This document shows positions 38,749 to 48,114 of a DNA stretch of 64,000 nucleotides, piece after piece. The DNA comes from Catellatospora sp. KI3 (GTDB lineage Bacteria > Actinomycetota > Actinomycetes > Mycobacteriales > Micromonosporaceae). The DNA lies in contig NZ_JASAMB010000002.1 in assembly GCF_029948125.1 (NCBI RefSeq), positions 262,479 through 326,478 of the forward strand. The letters run 5' to 3'. The notes under the pieces are model-generated. The model did not search any database. It worked only from the letters and a program-made list of their open reading frames with translations, and had not been told where the DNA came from. Position 1 is the stretch's first letter, and the number at the start of each line of letters is the position of its first letter. A program made the translations under genes and the position numbers.

Positions 38749-39768
38749 TCAGATGCCGTGCCCCCGGCGGTGCAGCGCGGTCAGCACCGTCTCCACCTTC
38801 ACCGCACCCGCGATGGCGGCCAGCGCGATCGCGGCGCGCGGCTCGCGCCAGTTGTTGCGCACCGTCTCGCGGGTCCAGCGCCAGGCCTGCTTGCGGTCGC
38901 CCGCCGCCGCCGACCAGCACGCCAGCTGCCCGTAGACCCGGGCGGCCCCCGGCCGGCAGCCGGAGATCTCCGGGTGGCGCGCCATCATCCAGCGCAGCGA
39001 GGAGATCTTCGTCGTGTACTCGTACGCGTAGAAGCTGCTGCGTCCCCACAGCACCCGCACCAGCGGCTCGTCCACGTGCACGATCGGGTGCCGCCGGGCG
39101 GCCCGCAGCAGCAGGTCCCAGTCCTCGTTCTGGCTGCCCGGGGCGTCCTCGGCGACCTGGCCGATCACCCCGTCCTCCAGCAGCGCCTCGCGCAGCGCCA
39201 GGAAGCCCGACGAGTGCAGCATCGACATGCGCGAGCGGGACAGCTGCTCGACGGTGACCGAGTCGGTCCCGGCCAGGCGGGGGTGCACCTGCTGCTCGAA
39301 CTCGACCTCCACGGCGCACGTCGCGAACTCCGCCCCGGGCGTACGCACCAGCGCGTCGACCTGCCGCCGCAGCTTCGACGGGTGCCACACGTCGTCGTCG
39401 TCGCAGAACGCGACCAGCTCGGTGTCCAGCGCCATGATGCCGGTGTTGCGCGCCCCGGCCAGGCCGGGCTGGCGCCAGTTGGCCAGCACCATCACCGGGT
39501 GGTCGGCGTCGTCGGCCAGCCGCCAGTCGGGCTCGGCCTGGTCGAACACCACGATGACGCGCAGCCGGCCCGGGTAGTCCTGCGCGCGTACCGCGGCCAG
39601 GGTGCGGCGCAGCAGCTCGGGGCGGTCGCGGGTCGGGATGACCACGCCGACCGTGGGCCAGTCGCGCGGGATCGGGGTCTGCTGCGGCACCGGCGCCCAG
39701 CCCGGTGCGGCGCCCGGGGCGGCCGGCCTGGTGTCGCGGAACCGTCCGGCGTTGGCCTTCGTCTTCAT
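38749..39768 (-). CDS. Family-2 glycosyltransferase
   Basis: VGVVIPTRDRPELLRRTLAAVRAQ...FCDDDD (DxD) GT-A fold signatures. Confidence 0.75.
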   Translation of the reverse strand: MKTKANAGRFRDTRPAAPGAAPGWAPVPQQTPIPRDWPTVGVVIPTRDRPELLRRTLAAVRAQDYPGRLRVIVVFDQAEPDWRLADDADHPVMVLANWRQPGLAGARNTGIMALDTELVAFCDDDDVWHPSKLRRQVDALVRTPGAEFATCAVEVEFEQQVHPRLAGTDSVTVEQLSRSRMSMLHSSGFLALREALLEDGVIGQVAEDAPGSQNEDWDLLLRAARRHPIVHVDEPLVRVLWGRSSFYAYEYTTKISSLRWMMARHPEISGCRPGAARVYGQLACWSAAAGDRKQAWRWTRETVRNNWREPRAAIALAAIAGAVKVETVLTALHRRGHGI

Positions 39769-40763
39769 CGTCGCGCTCCTGTGCTGGTGTATTCGGAGTT
39801 GCCACGGCGCGCGCCCGGCAGCGGCGCGCTGCCCAGGGGGTAGCCGTACGCCTTGAGCAGCGGGGCGCAGACCGCGCCGACCAGGGCCCGCTGCCGGGGC
39901 AGCAGGCTGTCGCGCCAGGCGTCGTCGCGCCGCAGCAGCACCCGGCCGGTGGTGAACCGCATCGGGTTGCCCGCCGCGCTGTGCGCGCTGGTCAGCTCTA
40001 CCGATTCGTGGTCCAGGAAGCTCAGGTCCATCACCGACGGATCGAGCCCGGCGAACGCGGCCACCCGGCGCACGCTGCCGACGGGGTCGGCCAGGAAGTC
40101 CTCGTACCGCAGCCGCCGCACCGCGACCCCGCGCCGCCGCAGCAGCCCGAACGCGGCGTTGTGCGCGTTCCACAGCAGGGCGCTGCGCGCCGGGGCGTAG
40201 CGGGTCATGTCGTCGGTGCCGTCGGCCTCCGGCCGCGCCACCTTCTTGGTCCACGAGTACGCCACCCCGCGCGCGTCCCGCACCACGTGCAGCACCCGCA
40301 GGTCCACCTCGTCGCAGTGGCGCAGGCAGTGCGCCAGCGCGCTGTGCTTGGACGAGTCGATCACGATGTTGGCGCCGGAGACCCGGGCCGCGGCGGCGTA
40401 GATCTTCGCGTAGTAGCCCGCGTACTCGGCGACCAGCGTGGTGAACTCCCCGGCGAACCGGCTCGACCCGGCCAGCCGCGGGATGTGCCGGGTCCGCTCG
40501 ACCAGGTCGCGCAGCGCGAGGATGCGGTGCACGTCGACGCGGTGCCAGCCGCCGAAGGCGGAGATGCCCACGCGCTGCCAGAAGTCGCAGCCGGAGAAGC
40601 GCTGCCCGCAGCCGCAGCGCTCGTCGTCGCGCAGGTCGCGCTGCCACAGGTGGACGATCTCGCCCAGCGCGCAGACCCCGGGCAGTTCACCGAGCACCCG
40701 CTCGATCAGCGTCGTACCGCTGCGGCCGAGTCCGCCTAGGAAGAGCACCCTGGTCGTCGTCAT
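39765..40763 (-). CDS. Sulfotransferase family protein (PAPS-dependent)
   Basis: 5'-PSB P-loop-like motif FLGGLGRSGTTL near the N-terminus, and an RxxxS 3'-PB-like region. Start overlaps the downstream GT2 stop by 4 nt. Confidence 0.7.
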   Translation of the reverse strand: MTTTRVLFLGGLGRSGTTLIERVLGELPGVCALGEIVHLWQRDLRDDERCGCGQRFSGCDFWQRVGISAFGGWHRVDVHRILALRDLVERTRHIPRLAGSSRFAGEFTTLVAEYAGYYAKIYAAAARVSGANIVIDSSKHSALAHCLRHCDEVDLRVLHVVRDARGVAYSWTKKVARPEADGTDDMTRYAPARSALLWNAHNAAFGLLRRRGVAVRRLRYEDFLADPVGSVRRVAAFAGLDPSVMDLSFLDHESVELTSAHSAAGNPMRFTTGRVLLRRDDAWRDSLLPRQRALVGAVCAPLLKAYGYPLGSAPLPGARRGNSEYTSTGARR

Positions 40764-40851
40764 CCGTCCCCCACTGGCCGCGTCGCCGGGTCGCGACGCG
40801 CTCACGGGGCATAACGAGGCAACTACGGTGTAGGTCTGTATTGTCCATTTC

Positions 40852-41661
40852 GTGGCTTTTACGGGGACTGTCTATGGCCGCCGCGTGCACCTCGCCGGGA
40901 CCTGGTTCGACGCCGTGACCGAGGAGGCCGTCGCCGACCGCGTACTGGCAGCACTCGAACGCGGCGAAGGCGGCCGCATCATCACGCCGAACGTCGACAT
41001 CATGCGCCTGGCCACCGGCCGCGGCCTGCGCGCCGCCGAGGTGCGGGGCTTCCTCGACGACGCCAGCATCATCGTCGCCGACGGCATGCCCCTGGTCTGG
41101 GCCAGCAGGATCGGCCGCAGCCCGCTACCCGAACGGGTGACCGGCTCCGGCCTCATCTGGAGCCTGTCGGCGGCCCTCGGCCGCGCCGGACGCTCCGTGT
41201 ACGTGCTCGGCGGCTCCCCGCCCCGCTCCGACGGCGGCATGGACGGCGCGGTGAAGGCCGCCTCGGTGCTCGCTTCCGCCTGCCCCGGGCTTCGGATCGC
41301 GGGGCACGTCGCGCCGCCGTTCGGATTCGACCTGGACCCGGACGGCTGCGCGCGGGTGTACACCGACGTCATCGAGGCCAAGCCGGACCTGGTGTTCGTG
41401 GGGCTCGGGTTCCCGAAGCAGGAGCGGGTGATCGCGGATCTGCGGGCGGAGCTGCCCTTCACCTGGTTCCTCGGGTGCGGGGCGGCGGTCGGGTTCGTGG
41501 CGGGGGAGCTGCACCGGGCGCCGGGGTGGATGCAGCGCAGCGGCCTGGAGTGGGCCCACCGGCTCGCCCAGGAGCCGGGCCGGCTGGCCGGCCGCTACCT
41601 GGTCCGCGACATGCCCTACGCCGTACGCCTCCTCGCCGGCGCCGCCCTGCGCCGCCGGTAA
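40852..41661 (+). CDS. WecB/TagA/CpsF-family glycosyltransferase
   Basis: ITPNVDIMRL...ADGMPLVWASR motifs typical of the N-acetylmannosaminyltransferase (GT26) family. Confidence 0.8.
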   Translation: MAFTGTVYGRRVHLAGTWFDAVTEEAVADRVLAALERGEGGRIITPNVDIMRLATGRGLRAAEVRGFLDDASIIVADGMPLVWASRIGRSPLPERVTGSGLIWSLSAALGRAGRSVYVLGGSPPRSDGGMDGAVKAASVLASACPGLRIAGHVAPPFGFDLDPDGCARVYTDVIEAKPDLVFVGLGFPKQERVIADLRAELPFTWFLGCGAAVGFVAGELHRAPGWMQRSGLEWAHRLAQEPGRLAGRYLVRDMPYAVRLLAGAALRRR

Positions 41662-41942
41662 CCGATCCGCCCGCCGCGCCGCAGGCGGGCCCCTCGGGGC
41701 GCGCTTCCAGTCCAAGATCGCTATTCGCGGCCGCTTCCAGCGGAAGATCACTGTCTGGTGTCACTGTGCGCGCTTCAAGCCGACGTTATGACCCGAAGCG
41801 CTGATCTCCTGCGGAAGATCGGTGGTTCCGGTCGCGGTTGGGGCCCTCGCTCGGCCGCCGCGCCGCGCCGCACGCCACCGAGCAGCTCCCTGCCCGCCCG
41901 TCAGCCCGCCCGCCCGCCCGCCCGCGGGGCGGTGGCGTGGCG

Positions 41943-42004
41943 GCAGTTTCGGGGAAAGTGCACGAAATACGGCCAAGATTCCCGCAGTTTCCCCGAAACT
42001 GCAC
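41943..42004. repeat. Dispersed palindromic repeat family A, copy 3 (right arm degraded)
   Basis: GCAGTTTCGGGGAAAGTGCACGAA-atacggccaagattccc-GCAGTTTCCCCGAAACTGCAC. Confidence 0.7.
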
Positions 42005-42111
42005 GGTGCACGACGGGGATGTGTCGATCGGAGATCCTTGTCGCGTGCCCCGAACGGGGGAATCGCCAGCGGTCAGGTGCCTTCGTCCTTGGCGCGTCTT
42101 ATCCTGCGGTG

Positions 42112-42345
42112 GTGAGCAACGTCGATGCCAGCTGGGCCGATGGCGGCCGCAGCGATGCAGGTGGCGGGCAGTGTGTGGAGGTCCTGTTCGGGGCTGACAC
42201 GGTTGCCGTGCGCGATTCCGGCAACCCCGACGGCCCGATGCTGGCCTTCTCCCGCGACTCCTGGCAGTCCTTCCTCGACGCCGTGAAATCGGGCGACCTC
42301 GACCTGATCGCACAACGCGGCGACCGCGTCTCCGCCGACGCCTGA
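42112..42345 (+). CDS. DUF397 domain protein (orphan)
   Basis: 77 aa. GGQCVEV...VAVRDSGNPDGPMLAFSRDSWQSFLDAVKSGDLD matches the Streptomyces-type DUF397 signature. No adjacent XRE/DUF5753 partner. Confidence 0.6.
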   Translation: MSNVDASWADGGRSDAGGGQCVEVLFGADTVAVRDSGNPDGPMLAFSRDSWQSFLDAVKSGDLDLIAQRGDRVSADA

Positions 42346-42531
42346 CGCCACCCGTCAACCGCAAAGGCCCCGCCGTACCCCCGGCGATCATTCACGCTGC
42401 CCATGCGCCCACACCGCCGCCGTCGAGCCGCGCCGCCCGCCGCGCCGCCACTGCCACTGCCACTGCCGCCCGCTAGGTGATCACGGTGCCAGGGTGGGGA
42501 CACGCCGTCGGGCACGTCCATAGGTTCATGA

Positions 42532-43476
42532 TCAACGGGACATGGACTGGCGGAGGGCGGTGAGGGGGAGGGGGTCGTGGCGGAGGGAGAACTGGCCGGT
42601 GGGTTGGCGGTCGTCGGGGTCGGACTCGAAGTACAGGGTGGCGCGGATCTGGGGGTTGGCGGTGAAGACTGCCGCTGCCTCGGTGAGCCAGGTGGCGCGT
42701 TGGGTGGGGGACCAGGCGCGGGCTACGCCGTACTCGCCGATCATGATGGGTCTCGGGTGGGCGGCGGCCCAGCGGAGGAAGGGTTCGAGGAGGTCGGCCA
42801 TGGGGGTCAGGGCGGTGCCGGCGTAGGCGTCGACGCAGGTCCAGTCGACCTGGTCGTCGCCGGGGTAGTAGGCGGGGGCGCGGCCGGAGGCGAAGCCCTC
42901 GACGGTCGGGCACCAGACCCAGGCGGCGTTGGTGACGCCCTCGGCGGCGAACAGCTCCCGGGTGCGGCGCCAGGCGGCGACGAACTCGTGCGGCGAGCCG
43001 ACCTCGACGACCAGGTTGGGGCGGTCCATCTCCCAGCGCAGCCGCAGCAGCACCGGGGCGTCGAGGTCGCGGACCTGGCGGGCCCGCTCGCGGATCGCCG
43101 CGTCGTGCTGCCCGGTCAGCACCTCGGCGCTGTCGGCGCCGGTCCAGCTCAGCATCAGGGTGGCCCCGGCGTCGCGGAACCGCCGGTCCGAGACGGTCCC
43201 GATCTCCTCGTGCATGCGCCGGTACGTGTTGACGATGTCCAGCCGTCGGCCGAGCTGCTGCTCGAAGTCCTGCACGGCCGCGAAGCGGCCCGCCTGGGTG
43301 AGGCTGTCGGGGCGTACCCAGGCGCCCACCAGCGCGCCGCCGCGCGGGACCGGCACGGGGCCGGTGGCGAGGCCGGTGTCCGTCGCGATGCGCGGCGGGA
43401 CCGGGGTGGTCGTGCCGCAGGTGGCGAGGGTCAGCGCGGCCGCGATCGCGGCGGCGGCGCGCAGCAGGCGGAGCAT
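42532..43476 (-). CDS. GH26-like glycoside hydrolase (clan GH-A) lipoprotein
   Basis: Lipobox LATCG. Region IMIGEYGV with a putative nucleophile Glu, plus conserved segments shared with the C-terminal domain of 51437-54031. Start overlaps the upstream stop (TGATG). Confidence 0.6.
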   Translation of the reverse strand: MLRLLRAAAAIAAALTLATCGTTTPVPPRIATDTGLATGPVPVPRGGALVGAWVRPDSLTQAGRFAAVQDFEQQLGRRLDIVNTYRRMHEEIGTVSDRRFRDAGATLMLSWTGADSAEVLTGQHDAAIRERARQVRDLDAPVLLRLRWEMDRPNLVVEVGSPHEFVAAWRRTRELFAAEGVTNAAWVWCPTVEGFASGRAPAYYPGDDQVDWTCVDAYAGTALTPMADLLEPFLRWAAAHPRPIMIGEYGVARAWSPTQRATWLTEAAAVFTANPQIRATLYFESDPDDRQPTGQFSLRHDPLPLTALRQSMSR

Positions 43477-44228
43477 CAGTCGTGCGCCCGGGTGCGACGG
43501 GCGACGTACAGCACGTTCACCGCCCAGCGGCCGCCCCAGCCGGTGCGGGCGCACACGTCGTCGAGGACGCGGGCCAGGCCGCGCAGCCACGGGCGGCCGT
43601 ACCAGCCCTGGGTGAACAGGGCGAAGCCGCGCCGCTCGACGACGGTGAAGCCGTGCCGGTCCAGCAGTTCGGCGACCTCGGTGTGGTCGAGTTCGGCGAA
43701 CCAGGGCGAGCCGGCGTGGCGGTGGTGGCGCAGGTGCCGCAGCGAGTGCCGGTTGCCGTGGTTCTCCACCACGAGCAGGCCCGCGTCGTAGTTGGGCAGC
43801 ACCTTGGCCGAGAACGCGATGGCCCGCTCGCGCACCTCGGGCTCGACGTTGAGCAGCAGCCGGAAGATGGTGACCAGCGCGGGGGCCTCGGTGGGCTGCG
43901 GGTCGGGCACCTCGCCGGCGGACTCGACCAGGTGCAGCTCCGCGTACGAGCCGACCTCCTCGGCCTTGGCCAGCATCGCCGCCGAGGTGTCGTACCCGTG
44001 GGCGCCGCGGACCAGGCCGTGCAGGATGCGGATGGCGCGGCCGGTGCCGCAGGCGAAGTCGTGCTGCACCGGGCGCCGGTAGGGGAACGCGCGTTTGGCG
44101 AGTCTGCGCAGGTAGGCGCGTTGGCGTCGATTGATCGCCGAGGCGTAGCTGTCCGGGGCGTATACGACGTGCTCGTACTTCTCGACCGTCGCCTCGTCCT
44201 GGAAGATCTCGGTGTAGTCGGCGCGCAT
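43476..44228 (-). CDS. Class I SAM-dependent methyltransferase
   Basis: Motif I DFACGTGR, in Rossmann-fold methyltransferase arrangement. Confidence 0.7.
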   Translation of the reverse strand: MRADYTEIFQDEATVEKYEHVVYAPDSYASAINRRQRAYLRRLAKRAFPYRRPVQHDFACGTGRAIRILHGLVRGAHGYDTSAAMLAKAEEVGSYAELHLVESAGEVPDPQPTEAPALVTIFRLLLNVEPEVRERAIAFSAKVLPNYDAGLLVVENHGNRHSLRHLRHHRHAGSPWFAELDHTEVAELLDRHGFTVVERRGFALFTQGWYGRPWLRGLARVLDDVCARTGWGGRWAVNVLYVARRTRAHD

Positions 44229-44247
44229 GCGGTGCGGGTCCTATCTT

Positions 44248-45831
44248 CTAGCGGGTTGGCTGGCCCCGGCGCTTGCCGGGGGTGGTCGTGGGCCGGGCGG
44301 CCTTGAGCAGGGCGGCGAGCCCCAGCCGGTCCCGGAAGGTGCGCAGGCCGCCGACGTACACACCGGTGGCCAGGGCCAGCGTCGCGCCGGTGCCCAGCGC
44401 GGTGGCGGGCAGCGCCAGCCGGGCCAGCCAGGGCAGCAGGCCGAAGCTGGCCAGGGCCAGCCCCATCGCGGTGCGGGTGGCGCCACCGAACGGGTGCAGG
44501 CCCAGGGCGCCCGCGAGCTGCGCCAGCGGCACCAGGTTGTTGACCGCCACCGCGGCGGCCAGGCCGTAGGCGGCGCCGAGCACGCCGAGCCGGGGGATGG
44601 TGTACAGGTCGATGGCGACCATGACGGCCAGCGCCAGCAGTACGTTGGCGAGGTTCCAGGTGGTCCGCCCGGCCATCGACAGCACCATGTCGACCATGCC
44701 GCAGCCGGTGCCGATCAGCATCGCCACCGCGAGCACCCGCACCGCCGGAGCGGCCGAGACGTACGAGCCGCCGAAGACGCTCAGGTAGACGTCGGCGTAG
44801 TCCCACACCAGCAGGTGCAGCGGCCAGCAGATGAGCACCAGCCACGCCGTCGCGGTCTGGTAGAGCCGCTTGGCCCCGGCCCGGTCGCCGACGGACAGGG
44901 TCTCGGCCAGCCTCGGCTGCACCGCCTGCGCGATCGAGCCGTTGGCCAGCTGCCCGAGCACGATGAACCGCCCGGCCACCGCGTACGCCGCGGCGGGTGC
45001 CAGCCCGGCCAGCCCGGCGACCATCAGCACGTCCACCCGCTGCAGCGCGGTCTGCGCCGAGTTGGCCAGCGCGCGGGGCGCCGTGTAGCGCCAGAACGCC
45101 GAGGTTACGCTGCGCCCCTCGATCCGGGCGGCCAGCCGCTCGCGCCGGTCCAGCAGCGGTTCGCGCTGCCAGCGCCGCCACACCAGGTACGCCGCGAGCA
45201 GCACCACCGGCGCGTACGGCAGCACCCAGGCCAGCGCCCAGGTGGAGGTGGACAGCACCGCCCCGCCGGACACCGCGAGCACGGCCAGCGCGCCGACGCC
45301 GCACAGCTGCATCGCCGGGCGCAGGATCTTGTCGAGCAGCACCGTCGGCCGCATCTCGCGGTAGCCGCGGGTGGCCGCCAGCAGCGCGTCGGTCAGCGCC
45401 GCCAGCGGCATGAACACGGCCAGCGCCGAGAGCGGGGCGGCGTACTCGGGGACGAAGTGCGCGGCGGTCAGCCATACCCCCGCCGCCAGGATCGTGCCCA
45501 GCACGGCGACCGGCACCAGCCCGGCGCGCAGGCACGCGCCGATCAGCTCGGGCCGCCCCTGGGCCCGCAGCCGGGCCGGCCAGTAGACCAGCGCGGTCGA
45601 GGTGCCGAGCCGGGCCACCCCGCCGACCAGCACGAACGCCGACGTGGCGGCGAAGAACGAGCCGGCCGAGTCGGGGCCGAGGCCCCGCGCGACCAGCCAG
45701 GTCACGCCGACCCCGGCGACCCCGGCCAGCGCCGCCCCGGCCAGGTTGGCCAGGCCGCCCCGGGCGACGCCGGAGACCCCGGCGGGCTCCGGCGCCGTGG
45801 TGGGCGCGGGAGCCAGCAGCTGGCCGGTCAC
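44248..45831 (-). CDS. Polysaccharide biosynthesis protein / Wzx-type flippase (MOP superfamily)
   Basis: About 528 aa with at least 12 TM helices. GTG start overlapping the upstream sulfotransferase stop (GTGA). Confidence 0.7.
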   Translation of the reverse strand: MTGQLLAPAPTTAPEPAGVSGVARGGLANLAGAALAGVAGVGVTWLVARGLGPDSAGSFFAATSAFVLVGGVARLGTSTALVYWPARLRAQGRPELIGACLRAGLVPVAVLGTILAAGVWLTAAHFVPEYAAPLSALAVFMPLAALTDALLAATRGYREMRPTVLLDKILRPAMQLCGVGALAVLAVSGGAVLSTSTWALAWVLPYAPVVLLAAYLVWRRWQREPLLDRRERLAARIEGRSVTSAFWRYTAPRALANSAQTALQRVDVLMVAGLAGLAPAAAYAVAGRFIVLGQLANGSIAQAVQPRLAETLSVGDRAGAKRLYQTATAWLVLICWPLHLLVWDYADVYLSVFGGSYVSAAPAVRVLAVAMLIGTGCGMVDMVLSMAGRTTWNLANVLLALAVMVAIDLYTIPRLGVLGAAYGLAAAVAVNNLVPLAQLAGALGLHPFGGATRTAMGLALASFGLLPWLARLALPATALGTGATLALATGVYVGGLRTFRDRLGLAALLKAARPTTTPGKRRGQPTR

Positions 45832-46700
45832 TCGCGCCAGCTCGGGGTGTGGCCCAGCCACTGCGCCAGCTCGGCGTCGTGCGGGGCGTAGTGGGCGCGC
45901 AGTTCGGTACGCAGCCGGGCGGGCATCGGCGCCGTGCGCGGCCGGGCGTTGTGCTGCCCGAAGTCGGGGTAGCCCAGCAGCGGCAGCCCGAGGAAGTCGA
46001 GCACCTGGTCGTACGCGGCGGCCGGGTCGGTGAAGAACCGCTCGCTCTCCAGCACCAGGATCCGCTCGCGCGGCACCTCCCGCACGAGCCGCCGCAGGTA
46101 GACGGCGTACTCGCCGCGGGCGCGGTAGCCGTGGTGCTGGTGCGAGAACGAGTACGCGTGCTGGTCGGCGAGCATCCGCTCGCGCTGCCCGCGCAGCCGC
46201 GCGGGCTCCAGGTCCAGCGCGGCGGCGAAGTCGGCCGTGGTCTCGAAGCCGCGGGCCAGCTCGTGCGCGTGCTGGGAGTAGGCGCGCTCGACCGGGTCGC
46301 GGACCAGCACGATCAGCTTCACACCGGGCAGGTCGCGGGCGATGCGCCCGGCCGCGTGCGGGTGGTACAGGTAGTACGGGCTGGACTCGAAGGTCTGCAC
46401 CGGCACGCCCAGCTCGCGCTCCACCCGGGTGGCGGTGCGCCGCAGCGGGAAGTGCCCCTGGTACCAGGCCAGCCCCCGGTGGTAGCTGGTGTCGAAGTAG
46501 TGCACGCCCTTGTGCAGCACCGCCTTGAGCACGGCCGGGTGGGCGGCCATGGCGCGGTACAGCGAGGTGGTGCCGCAGCGCTGGCCGCCGCAGATCAGGA
46601 ACGAGGGCAGCATCCGCGCGCCCGAGGTCAGCCACCCGACCGACCGGGAGCCGAGGTGGACGACCTTCTTCACCGACTCCGGCACGTGCGTCGACTTCAC
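45828..46700 (-). CDS. Sulfotransferase family protein (second copy)
   Basis: P-loop-like PSB motif ICGGQRCGTTSL, and LVRDPVERAYSQ (3'-PB region). Confidence 0.7.
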   Translation of the reverse strand: MKSTHVPESVKKVVHLGSRSVGWLTSGARMLPSFLICGGQRCGTTSLYRAMAAHPAVLKAVLHKGVHYFDTSYHRGLAWYQGHFPLRRTATRVERELGVPVQTFESSPYYLYHPHAAGRIARDLPGVKLIVLVRDPVERAYSQHAHELARGFETTADFAAALDLEPARLRGQRERMLADQHAYSFSHQHHGYRARGEYAVYLRRLVREVPRERILVLESERFFTDPAAAYDQVLDFLGLPLLGYPDFGQHNARPRTAPMPARLRTELRAHYAPHDAELAQWLGHTPSWRE

Positions 46701-46731
46701 TGCTGCCTCCTCGGGCGGTCCAGGCGACGGG

Positions 46732-47988
46732 TCACAGGTGGGCGACCTTGCGGATGAGTACGGGCAGCAGCCACGTCCCCAGCACCCCCAGCCGGGCGCC
46801 CGCCTCGGCCTGCCGGTCGCTGAGGTACCGGGTGGCCAGGTCGGCCAGGTACAGCAGGGCCACCACCTCGGCGCTGCCGGGCACCACCTCGAACGGCTCC
46901 AGCAGGGCGGGCGCGCGGCGTACCGTGCCCTCGACCGCGGTCTGCGGGTCGGTCCCGTCCTGGAGCTGCCGCTGCAGGTCGTAGTGGACGGCGTCGAAGC
47001 CCAGCGGCACCCCGGGGGTGAACCGCTCCCAGTCCCAGACCAGCAGCGAGTCGTTGAGGTTGGCCATGTTCCACGGCGCCCAGTCGCCGTGCCAGGCGCC
47101 GTAGCGCAGGCTCAGCTCGGAGCAGCGCTCGACCAGGAAGCGGGCCGCCTGCGACAGCTGGGCCACCTCCGGGGCGGCCCGGTCGGCGGCGGCGGTGTCG
47201 GCCTCCAGCTGGCACAGCCGGTTGCGCAGGTCCGCCCAGTACGGGCTGGTGGCCAGCCAGCCCTGGGTCAACCCGCACGCGGCGGCGACCTCGGCCATCG
47301 CCCGCTGCAGCCGGGCCGGGGTGAGCACGGCGCGCGGCTGCCACACCGGCAGCGCCGACTGCACCAGCACCTGGGTGCCGCGCCACTGCCCGGCGTGCAG
47401 GATGCTCGGCACGGTCACCTCGGACAGCTGCACGTGCGACAGCGCGGACAGCGCGGCGGTCTCGGCGCGCACCAGCCGCCGGGTGAGCGGGCCGACGCCG
47501 AGCTTGGCGAAGCCGATAGTCTGCCCGTCCGGGCTGATCAGCTGCAGCACCGGCTTGCGGTTGGCCCGCGCGGGTCCGATGTGGATGCTGACGCGTACGT
47601 CGGTGCCCAGCGCCTGGCGCAGGAACGCGTCGATGGTGTCGCCGCCCCCGGCCGGGCTGGTCAGCCGGACCCGGTCGCGCAGCACCGCGGGCCAGGCACC
47701 GGACTGCAGCGCCATGGCGACGGCGTCGCGCTTGAACTTGGCCAGGCGGCTCTGCGGCTCGGCGAAGCGGCGCACCGCGGCGGCCGCGACGCGGCGCGAG
47801 CCCAGCGGCACCAGCAGCTTGGGCCGGCGCGCGTCGGGGATCACGACGTACTCCGCGACGCGGGTGCCGGGGGCGCCGGTGCTGGAGCACTGCGGGTAGA
47901 GCAGCTGCAGCACCTCGCGCAGGAACTGCCCGCGCAGCTGCGCGTCGGACCGGGTGAGCTGGGCCGGGGCGGTGCTGATCGGGCTCAT
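46732..47988 (-). CDS. Protein-kinase-like fold phosphotransferase (APH/CotH-like)
   Basis: Catalytic-loop-like HGDWAPWN followed by DWE. Sits inside the glycan gene cluster. Start MSPISTAPAQ with RBS GAGGT. The track begins at 48060. Confidence 0.5.
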   Translation of the reverse strand: MSPISTAPAQLTRSDAQLRGQFLREVLQLLYPQCSSTGAPGTRVAEYVVIPDARRPKLLVPLGSRRVAAAAVRRFAEPQSRLAKFKRDAVAMALQSGAWPAVLRDRVRLTSPAGGGDTIDAFLRQALGTDVRVSIHIGPARANRKPVLQLISPDGQTIGFAKLGVGPLTRRLVRAETAALSALSHVQLSEVTVPSILHAGQWRGTQVLVQSALPVWQPRAVLTPARLQRAMAEVAAACGLTQGWLATSPYWADLRNRLCQLEADTAAADRAAPEVAQLSQAARFLVERCSELSLRYGAWHGDWAPWNMANLNDSLLVWDWERFTPGVPLGFDAVHYDLQRQLQDGTDPQTAVEGTVRRAPALLEPFEVVPGSAEVVALLYLADLATRYLSDRQAEAGARLGVLGTWLLPVLIRKVAHL

Positions 47989-48114
47989 GCGGCCGACCTC
48001 AGGTTCTGCTCGCCCACGCCGAATCCTCCCGATTTTGTCCGTTATGTCCTCCGGGCTCAACGGAGGAGCCCGGGGATCGGTGCGGGGAATCGGGGCGCGA
48101 AAAGGACGGCCGGG

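Noticed and set aside
40852-41661. Possibility that the WecB/TagA-family gene is a teichoic-acid (TagA) gene unrelated to the cluster
   Set aside because: It is flanked on both sides by cluster genes (sulfotransferase/GT2 upstream, GH26/MTase/Wzx downstream), and no other tag genes are present. It is treated as part of the cluster, though its divergent orientation means an independent transcript is possible.
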